Below, one piece after another: positions 1 to 5,855 of a DNA stretch of 19,842 nt (the first letter of the stretch is position 1; each line of letters begins with the position of its first letter). The notes under the pieces were generated by a model. It was not told where the DNA came from. It searched no databases and worked only from the letters and a program-made list of their open reading frames with translations. Made by a program: the position numbers and the translations under genes. This stretch comes from a virus, in IMG/VR virus record IMGVR_UViG_3300045988_179637, positions 1 through 19,842 of that record. One strand, 5' to 3'.

Positions 1-342
1 CAGGTTGTTCATTTTTTGGTCACAAAAAATGGCCCTTCTTTCCCAGGCCTTACCAACACAAACACACGTAGGGGCTGGTCCAATTACGGACGGGCCCCTT
101 GACGCTGCTCGTTTTTCGTTCAGACAAATCCACTCGTGTACGTCATCATGCATCTATTATTACATACTTCTTCTCTTCTCGCAACACCTAGAACCTTCTA
201 GTTCGTAACGGTTTCATAACATCTTGTGCTGTCCTGTCCAACCCTTGCAACAGCAAACTGTGCAATATGGAATGTTCATTTATTGCCAGGGGTGGGGCGG
301 GGCCGTAGAGTAGGACACGTCGAAAGGAACAAAAAATGAACA
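1..342. repeat. Left inverted terminal repeat (342 bp), the exact reverse complement of 19501-19842
   Basis: Bases 1-342 are the reverse complement of the last 342 bases. This was checked at both ends and in the middle, and the ORF-track entries 5..208(+) and 19635..19838(-) translate identically. Identity stops after ATGAACA at 342. Confidence 0.95.
266..318 (+). promoter_or_regulatory. Sigma70-like promoter inside the left terminal repeat: -35 TTGCCA (283-288), 17-nt G-rich spacer, -10 TAGAGT (306-311), upstream element GGAATGTTCATTT (269-281)
   Basis: Hexamers are close to consensus with 17-bp spacing and sit 25 nt upstream of the AAAGGA ribosome-binding site and ATG at 336. Nearly the same promoter recurs at 920-948. 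Confidence 0.6.
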
Positions 343-797
343 TTCATGCGGCCACCTACGTCGCTCGCGAACTCTCTGACCGTCTCTACGCCGCCGGCTT
401 CCGGGGCGTGTGCGACATGGATCGTATTGGGTCTGTCATCAGTGCGTACACTACGTATCATCGTGCCCGTAAGGGGCTCACTGAATACCTGGTTGGTTGC
501 GGCGTGCGCGGTGATTACGCGCCCCGTATCGCGGTCCTGGCGGAGCGGGCTTTCCGTCGTGGCGGTGGTGACTGGGGCGGTGCGGGAGCTTTCGCCACCA
601 TCTTGGTGGCGCTTAATGACGCGTCTGGAATGCTGCGCGACGACCCGTCGCGCGTGCGTTCCTTGACTCACGTGATGGAACAGTATGAGCGGGAGGAACT
701 TGACCGTGAGGGTGTGCGTAAGCGGTTGCGGCGGGGGTCATACTGGCGGGGGCGTCAATGGATTGCCAATGAGGTCATGTTGTATTGGTGCGCGTGA
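336..797 (+). CDS. Early hypothetical protein, paralog 1 of a three-member family (shares CDM(D/P)xI, GGAG(A)F...ML(R/A)xD and W.YW motifs with the next two genes)
   Basis: AAAGGA ribosome-binding site 9 nt upstream. A single gene sits between the promoter in the terminal repeat and a strong terminator. The start codon lies inside the terminal repeat. Confidence 0.7.
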   Translation: MNIHAATYVARELSDRLYAAGFRGVCDMDRIGSVISAYTTYHRARKGLTEYLVGCGVRGDYAPRIAVLAERAFRRGGGDWGGAGAFATILVALNDASGMLRDDPSRVRSLTHVMEQYEREELDREGVRKRLRRGSYWRGRQWIANEVMLYWCA

Positions 798-803
798 CGT
801 GCT

Positions 804-852
804 GAGGGTCCGGTTTCTGCCGGACCCTCTTTCATTCTTTTCATTCTTTTCC
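804..852 (+). terminator. Rho-independent terminator: stem GAGGGTCCGG / CCGGACCCTC, loop TTTCTG, then a T-rich tract TTTCATTCTTTTCATTCTTTTCC
   Basis: Perfect 10-bp GC-rich stem followed by a T-rich run, immediately after the stop at 797. Confidence 0.8.
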
Positions 853-892
853 TCTTCCAGATTACCACACTTTCACACGTTGCGCAACTTCA

Positions 893-918
893 AAATGAAC
901 AATCTAGAATGTTCATTT
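893..918. promoter_or_regulatory. 26-bp near-perfect palindrome AAATGAACAATCTAGAATGTTCATTT (two A:A mismatches) abutting the -35; candidate operator
   Basis: Arms AAATGAACA and TGTTCATTT with a TCTAGA core. The same 10-bp half-site (AATGTTCATT / AATGAACATT) flanks the promoter in the terminal repeat at 271-280 and 335-344. Confidence 0.55.
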
Positions 919-919
919 C

Positions 920-948
920 TTGCCACGGGCTGGCGGGGTCCCTACTGT
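920..948 (+). promoter_or_regulatory. Sigma70-like promoter P2: -35 TTGCCA (920-925), 17-nt spacer, -10 TACTGT (943-948)
   Basis: Same -35 hexamer, the same 17-nt G-rich spacer pattern (GGGnTGGnGGGGnCC) and the same upstream TGTTCATTT element as the promoter in the terminal repeat. It sits 40 nt before the ATG at 989. Confidence 0.6.
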
Positions 949-988
949 AGATGCAGGGCCACAAGGAAGGGCCAGAAAGGACACAACA

Positions 989-1390
989 ATGATCTACACA
1001 AGCGCAGCACTCGCCTACCTGCACGAGAATCCCTGCGACATGCCTGACATTGCCCAGGTCCGGGGGGATGTCGCGTGGCTGAAAGCTGGGGAAGGCTGGG
1101 CCGAGGTATGGCGGGACACCGAGCTTGCCTACCGGGACACCGCCCGCGACTACGGCACGGCCGAAGGGATCTGTGCAGCAATCGCAGAACTCGGCCCCGG
1201 ACTCCGGGGGACGGCCGCCCACCTGCTGGCGGGCGACATCCTCAAGGATGAGCCGATTCCTGAGGACCTTCCCGCCGTGGCAGGGACCGAGACCGCTGAG
1301 GGACTCGCAGCGCGAGTCTGGCTGTACTGGGCAGAGAATGACGGCTGTGATGGCCGTGACGTGTGTGAGGGTGTGGGGGTGCTGCGATGA
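989..1390 (+). CDS. Early hypothetical protein, paralog 2 (133 aa)
   Basis: ATG at 989 with an AAAGGA ribosome-binding site about 8 nt upstream, downstream of P2. The N-terminal part of the 920 ORF runs through the promoter and is rejected. Shares AYR...LLAGDIL...PIP...ARVWLYW...GC with the next gene. Confidence 0.65.
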   Translation: MIYTSAALAYLHENPCDMPDIAQVRGDVAWLKAGEGWAEVWRDTELAYRDTARDYGTAEGICAAIAELGPGLRGTAAHLLAGDILKDEPIPEDLPAVAGTETAEGLAARVWLYWAENDGCDGRDVCEGVGVLR

Positions 1391-1800
1391 GGTACGCGAG
1401 TAGCGCCGTTGCGTTCAACTCCCTGTTCTACCACTTGCCTTCCCTCACCTGTCCCCAGGGGGTTGCGCGTCTGCCGCAGGGCAGGAAGTGGCGGAGGCTC
1501 TACAGAGGGATCCTGTTCGCGTATCGCACGGCGGTGGCCGGTGGCGCAGGGTTCGAGGCCGCGCTTGCTGCGGCTGTTGACGCTGCGCAAAATCGTTTGT
1601 TCATTCCGGCCATGCTGGCCGGTGACGTGTTGCGTCAGCTGCCGTTCCCGTATGCGGATGAGCCGGTGTACATGCCACCGTGCCCGTCAGATATCGCACG
1701 AGGGGTCTGGCGGTACTGGGATGCGCATCCCTATGGGTGCGGGTCCGTTCCCCTGTACGAACAAGAGATTTTGATCGAGCCTTACTGGCTCAAGAAGTGA
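1387..1800 (+). CDS. Early hypothetical protein, paralog 3 (137 aa)
   Basis: ATGA overlap with the previous gene suggests translational coupling. Motifs AYR...MLAGDVL...PFP...ARGVWRYW...GCG align with paralog 2 and with GGAGAF...MLRDDP...W.YW in paralog 1. Confidence 0.65.
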   Translation: MRYASSAVAFNSLFYHLPSLTCPQGVARLPQGRKWRRLYRGILFAYRTAVAGGAGFEAALAAAVDAAQNRLFIPAMLAGDVLRQLPFPYADEPVYMPPCPSDIARGVWRYWDAHPYGCGSVPLYEQEILIEPYWLKK

Positions 1801-1813
1801 AAGGTTTTTTCGA

Positions 1814-2338
1814 ATGTTGGTTTCAATGTCATTGATCGATCGTCTCTCCGCAGTCATGTCCCCGGAAGAGCTCCCGCAACTCGGCGCTCTGATCGAGTGG
1901 GCCGAGGACCACGGCTACTACCCGGAGGACCTGATCGCCCCCGTCGTGGGCGACGATGCCCGTTGGGTGTATGATGCCTACCTGTCTCTCAGTGACGTGC
2001 GGGCCAGCCAGGCCAGCGCGGCCGGGCTGACCCTCGATGTCCGGGTGCGCATTCTTGAGGCCGTGGCAGCGGTGCCCGCCGCCATGGGGGTCTGTGCTCG
2101 CTGGGATGCTGCGGTGGCGGCAGCTGAGGGTCTCCCGTGCGCGCCGTGGGCGGCGGTGGCGGATGTCGCCATGCTTTTCGGTTGGCTGCCATCCCGTGAC
2201 CTGCTGTGCTATGTGATGCTTCACGCGTCTGATGGGGCTCGGCGTGCGGCCCGGACCGTGATGCTGCTGAGAGACGGCGTGGATCCCATGGATGCATGGG
2301 AAGGCAGCTACGGGGCTCTGTCTGTGGGGGGTGAGTGA
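1814..2338 (+). CDS. Early hypothetical protein (174 aa), Ala-rich
   Basis: AAAGG ribosome-binding site 9 nt upstream. Same strand and operon as the paralogs. No recognisable domain. Confidence 0.5.
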   Translation: MLVSMSLIDRLSAVMSPEELPQLGALIEWAEDHGYYPEDLIAPVVGDDARWVYDAYLSLSDVRASQASAAGLTLDVRVRILEAVAAVPAAMGVCARWDAAVAAAEGLPCAPWAAVADVAMLFGWLPSRDLLCYVMLHASDGARRAARTVMLLRDGVDPMDAWEGSYGALSVGGE

Positions 2339-2339
2339 C

Positions 2340-2876
2340 GTGACGGCTCGTCTTTGGCCGTCCGAGACGGCATCCGACATGATGCTGGCAATCATCCTGG
2401 CATACCGGCACAAGATGCCGCTGTGCCATGGCGACACGGTCCAGTTCGACGGACCGTGCGCGTCCCGGACGCGCATGGGTCGCGACAAAATTCTTGCCCG
2501 CCTGGTTGCGGATGGGATGGTTGTTCAGCGTCGGGAGGGTCGGCGTGTGCTGTCGCTTCCGACTGCGGCGGGACTGTCGGCGTGGCGTATGCCGATGCCT
2601 GATGACCGGTCCGTGTACCGCCTGCTCCGGGAGGGAGGAACTGACGTTTCCAGCGCCGCCAATGCCGTTCTGGGCCGTTCGCTCCGCAGGTTGTGGCGGC
2701 GGCACTACGCCATTGGCGCCGAGGCTCTGCGGGACCTCGAGCCGCTGGGGTGTGTGCGTCAGGATCGGTACACGGCCCGTCTGTGGGCCGCTCGCGATAC
2801 CGCCATGGTTGAGGCCGTGCTTGACGTGCTGCCTGGTTTGCACCCGTATCGGGTGCGAAAGTTGCTGATCCCGTAG
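2340..2876 (+). CDS. Putative winged-helix (MarR/ArsR-like) DNA-binding protein; start taken as GTG 2340 (alternative ATG 2382)
   Basis: Segment DKILARLVADGMVVQRREGRRVLSLPTAAGLSAW looks like a recognition helix plus wing. The GTG lies 1 nt after the previous stop with GGGGGG 8 nt upstream. The ATG at 2292 overlaps the previous gene by 47 nt, has no ribosome-binding site, and is rejected. Confidence 0.45.
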   Translation: MTARLWPSETASDMMLAIILAYRHKMPLCHGDTVQFDGPCASRTRMGRDKILARLVADGMVVQRREGRRVLSLPTAAGLSAWRMPMPDDRSVYRLLREGGTDVSSAANAVLGRSLRRLWRRHYAIGAEALRDLEPLGCVRQDRYTARLWAARDTAMVEAVLDVLPGLHPYRVRKLLIP

Positions 2877-2890
2877 CTCACGGGATGGGA

Positions 2891-2930
2891 AGGGGCCGTG
2901 CTGTTGGCACGGCCCCTTTCTTCGTTTCAC
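2891..2930 (+). terminator. Rho-independent terminator: stem AGGGGCCGTGC / GCACGGCCCCT, loop TGTTG, then CTTTCTTCGTTTCAC
   Basis: 11-bp GC stem plus a T-rich tail 15 nt after the stop at 2876. Ends the rightward early operon. Confidence 0.75.
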
Positions 2931-3112
2931 CTTGCGTTTACAGGTCGTGATTATCAAGTCACGGCCTGTTTCAGTTGCATGCGGGTGCTTCCTGAGACGT
3001 CATGGGCAGCGCTGTGCGCGTTTCTGACGGCCTTGCAGGCTGTCCGGGTACTAGGGTATGTGGGCAGGGTTTGAGGCTCTCTGAGGGGCGTGTAGCGCTT
3101 ACGGGTTTGCCG

Positions 3113-3143
3113 GTGGGGGAGTGGTGTGACCACTCCCCCACCA
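3113..3143. other. Perfect 13-bp-stem hairpin GGTGGGGGAGTGG-TGTGA-CCACTCCCCCACC in the non-coding convergence zone, followed by C-rich direct repeats (ACTCCCC, CTCCCCTACC x2, through about 3208)
   Basis: Read directly from the sequence. No T-tract follows on either strand, so it is not a classical terminator. Confidence 0.6.
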
Positions 3144-3315
3144 CTCCCCTATCGTGTGCGTAGCAGCATTTTGATTATTCACCCCTCCCCTACCGCTCCC
3201 CTACCGGTCGAATCGGCTTTGACTAGGGGTTTTGCTGTTGCCGGGTGTTGTGTGTCTCCCCTCTTGGTGGAATATTTATGATTTTCACCACTCGTTATTG
3301 AGAATCATTCTCATT

Positions 3316-3340
3316 TTCTGAAAAGGGCCCCTCGCCGGCC
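3316..3340 (-). terminator. Weak candidate terminator for the leftward late operon: GGGCC-GGCGAGG-GGCCC + TTTT on the minus strand, about 140 nt after the ATPase stop
   Basis: 5-bp GC stem with a 7-nt loop and a TTTT run. The surrounding sequence (3290-3480) is AT-rich. Confidence 0.3.
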
Positions 3341-3479
3341 CGTCAGCGAAAAAGTTGAACTCAAAAATTTTTGAAAATCTCCGCAACCAACAACAATCCC
3401 AGAATCATGAAACAAGCAGACAGATCAAGAATCACAAGACCCCCCTCCCATGATTTTTCCGACACCGTTTCCCCATCCA

Positions 3480-4499
3480 TCATCTTCCGGAGAACAATTG
3501 CACGAACCCATTCCGCACCGCGGCATTGTCAAAGGTCATACGCCCCTTCGAGAAAGCCGTACGAGCCATCTGCAACAACGGATTGTTCAACGGCACGAGA
3601 TACACACCACCACCGGCAAGCTCTGCATCGGTGGTGAAACACTTACCCCTCGAGGGACGCTTCCTGGTGCCGTGAAAATGGAGACGTTGTTCATTGTCGA
3701 ACCACTTCCACAAAGAAGTCTCATGCCCCTTGTGCGTTACAGTGAACTCGTATTGCGCGTCCTGCGGTTTCGGAGCAACCATCATCTTGTGATTGTCCCG
3801 GAACGTGTTCCCGACAGCGTATTCCTCGTATTCGGTGCCGGCAATGAACTGCCCGAACCTGGTCCGGCGAACGGATTGCTCGAACGCTGTCACACGCGGG
3901 AAGTGAAACACCGCGAAGCCGCGCTTCCGGCGCGACCATTCACGGTCAGCATCGGCCTCCAGGGCGACCATGTAAGGGTTCTCGATGCGCACGGCGTTGG
4001 CGAGGAAGAACACCCGCACTCTGTCATTCCACCTGTCCACGGTGTTGTAGAAGTTGTTGAACACCGAGAACTCGTCCGGCAAATACCGGACACACCCCTT
4101 TTCAATGATGAACTCATCGAACAGAATGGTGTCGAAGTCGTCAAACACCATCGACTTCATTTGCTGCGCTGTCGACAACGCGACGGCCATGCCGATCTGT
4201 ATCCACTTTGAGCCCTTTACTGGTTCGGGATCGTCGCAGATCTCGAAGTGATGCCCGCGAACGCGGAAAGCGTAATCCGGGAACTCCCGCCCGACGTCGA
4301 CGAACATGTTCTGAATCGTCCGCAGCTCATTTTTGTAGCGCCGCAGATAGATGAACTTCCGTCCGTTGACGATGAAGTCCTCGATACAAAGTTTCTTGGC
4401 ACCGTAGGTTTTGCCAATGCCACGGCCACCAACAACGAAGTTGTATGTGCCGTTCTTCTCCAACAAAGGATCGAAGTCGTAGTACTCGATATTGCTCAT
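3480..4499 (-). CDS. DNA encapsidation (packaging) ATPase, phi29 gp16 homolog
   Basis: Motifs NFVVGGRGIGKTY (Walker A), FIYLRRYKNEL, REFPD, ILFDEFIIEKG (Walker B), RVRVFFLANAV, RRTRFGQFIAGTEYEEY and RMTFDNAAVRN align block by block with phi29 gp16. ATGA overlap with the upstream gene. Confidence 0.95.
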   Translation of the reverse strand: MSNIEYYDFDPLLEKNGTYNFVVGGRGIGKTYGAKKLCIEDFIVNGRKFIYLRRYKNELRTIQNMFVDVGREFPDYAFRVRGHHFEICDDPEPVKGSKWIQIGMAVALSTAQQMKSMVFDDFDTILFDEFIIEKGCVRYLPDEFSVFNNFYNTVDRWNDRVRVFFLANAVRIENPYMVALEADADREWSRRKRGFAVFHFPRVTAFEQSVRRTRFGQFIAGTEYEEYAVGNTFRDNHKMMVAPKPQDAQYEFTVTHKGHETSLWKWFDNEQRLHFHGTRKRPSRGKCFTTDAELAGGGVYLVPLNNPLLQMARTAFSKGRMTFDNAAVRNGFVQLFSGR

Positions 4500-5854
4500 G
4501 GCTTCAATCCTAGACTTTGCAGCCAGGGAATGCAGTTCTTGGAGGAGTAGATGTTACCCGGGGTGATTCCTTTCGGGTAATACTCGAAGTGGCAGTGAAC
4601 TCCGAATGCCCGTCCGGTCTGCCCCATCAACGCAACCGTCTGCCCCGCGGTCACCCTCTGCCCCTTCGAGACGAGAACCTTCTGCGCGTGGCAGTACATG
4701 TACGACTCCCCAGTGGCGGCCTGTATCGCAACGTGGTTCCCGGCCCAGGCTTTCGCCGTGTCGCCCACGACCGTGCCGTCGGTGACGGCCAGCAAAGGGG
4801 TGCCGGCCGCCCCTGCGAAGTCCGTGCCCGTATGGTATCGGGCCCAGGCGCCAGTTTCCCCGAAGCCTGCGGAGATCCTGTACTTCCCTTTCTCCACGGG
4901 GAGGCTGTACTTCCCGGACGGTGGCGGGGCGGGTGGGGTTCCGGGATCGTCATCATCGCCTCCGCCGGGCACCTTGCCGTGTGATGCCTGGCCGGCGGGC
5001 ACCCACATGCCCGGCTGGGTGGGTGTCATCATCTGCTTGTTTCCGGATGTCCAGTGCACCACCATGGATCCGTTGTGCAGCTGAATCAGCCGGATGTCGT
5101 CGGAGCCCCCGTTGTCGCCGTCGATCGGTGGCGGTGGCGGTGGCTGTGGGTCGCTGCCCCCTCCGTCGCCTCCGGGGGTTCCGGGTAGGGTGTCGCCGGC
5201 GTAGGGATCGACTTCCACACCGCCCCGCATGCCGGGTTTCAGCGTGTACCCCGGGAATGGTGGACTCGTGTCCCACTTGTCGATCGCGGCCTTCGCCTTC
5301 GTGTAACGGCTCCAATATTTCGTGAAGCTGCCGCCGACGGAGCGAAGTGCGTTCATGTAGGTGTCGAGGGACGGGTTCGATCCGGCGATCCTGACGGCCT
5401 TGTTCGTCCCAACCGGCCACTGGTGATTGGAGACGATGAACATGATCGTCGTCTTCGGAACGACATCGGGGTCGATGCCCTTCCGCTTGGCGAGGGCTAG
5501 GTAGTCGCCCATGTCCTGGTTTGCGGTGACGTGCTGCACCCACTTCGTCAGCGGCCGCACCATCACGGCCCGGATGGGTGCGAGTTCTTCCTTGCGCAGC
5601 CACAGCGAGTTCCACGCCTCCGAGGAGGGGCCGTTGGTTTCGAGCATGGAGCGGAGCCGGCCGGGCAGCATGGCGTACCCGGCCGGATCGTACTTCCGGA
5701 TCCTCGAGATCAACCTGCCCGCCCGCACCCCATACCACTGCATGATGCCGATCGTGATCGGGTCGCCGGTGTAGATGTCCGTATAGGACAGGTTGGATTC
5801 CACCAGCCCGAGGACGTGGATGGTGACGTTGAGTTCCGGAGTTCCGAATGCCAT
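4496..5854 (-). CDS. Tail-associated peptidoglycan hydrolase, phi29 gp13-like: N-terminal lysozyme-like domain, Pro/Gly/Asp-rich linker, C-terminal peptidase M23 (LytM)
   Basis: C-terminal motifs YHTGTDFAG...GNHVAI...GVHCHFE (HxxxD / HxH) are an M23 signature. Position between the gp12-like and gp16-like genes matches phi29 gp13. The start at ATG 5854 is 1 nt after the upstream TGA. The longer ORF reaching 5941 would overlap gp12 by 86 nt and is rejected. Confidence 0.8.
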   Translation of the reverse strand: MAFGTPELNVTIHVLGLVESNLSYTDIYTGDPITIGIMQWYGVRAGRLISRIRKYDPAGYAMLPGRLRSMLETNGPSSEAWNSLWLRKEELAPIRAVMVRPLTKWVQHVTANQDMGDYLALAKRKGIDPDVVPKTTIMFIVSNHQWPVGTNKAVRIAGSNPSLDTYMNALRSVGGSFTKYWSRYTKAKAAIDKWDTSPPFPGYTLKPGMRGGVEVDPYAGDTLPGTPGGDGGGSDPQPPPPPPIDGDNGGSDDIRLIQLHNGSMVVHWTSGNKQMMTPTQPGMWVPAGQASHGKVPGGGDDDDPGTPPAPPPSGKYSLPVEKGKYRISAGFGETGAWARYHTGTDFAGAAGTPLLAVTDGTVVGDTAKAWAGNHVAIQAATGESYMYCHAQKVLVSKGQRVTAGQTVALMGQTGRAFGVHCHFEYYPKGITPGNIYSSKNCIPWLQSLGLKP

Positions 5855-5855
5855 G

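Noticed and set aside
5-208. 67-aa ORF inside the terminal repeat, present identically at 19635-19838 on the minus strand
   Set aside because: No ribosome-binding site, and the composition is odd. It exists in duplicate only because it lies in the terminal repeat. The region more likely holds an origin or promoter, or encodes an ncRNA.
920-1390. 156-aa ORF starting at 920
   Set aside because: Its first 23 codons run through the P2 -35 and -10 elements. A start at ATG 989, which has a ribosome-binding site, is preferred.
2292-2876. ATG 2292 as the start of the winged-helix protein
   Set aside because: It overlaps the previous gene by 47 nt and has no ribosome-binding site. GTG 2340, or ATG 2382, is preferred.
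3131-3208. Possible G-quadruplex on the minus strand (GGGG tracts) or a CRISPR-like array
   Set aside because: There are only three closely spaced GGGG tracts. The repeats are 7-10 nt, not spacer-separated units of 28-37 nt, so this is not a CRISPR array. The G-quadruplex potential is weak.
3450-4211. 253-aa ORF on the + strand (and 3371..3637, TTG start)
   Set aside because: It is antisense to the gp16-like ATPase. It has no ribosome-binding site, and its His/Arg/Pro-rich composition is artefactual.
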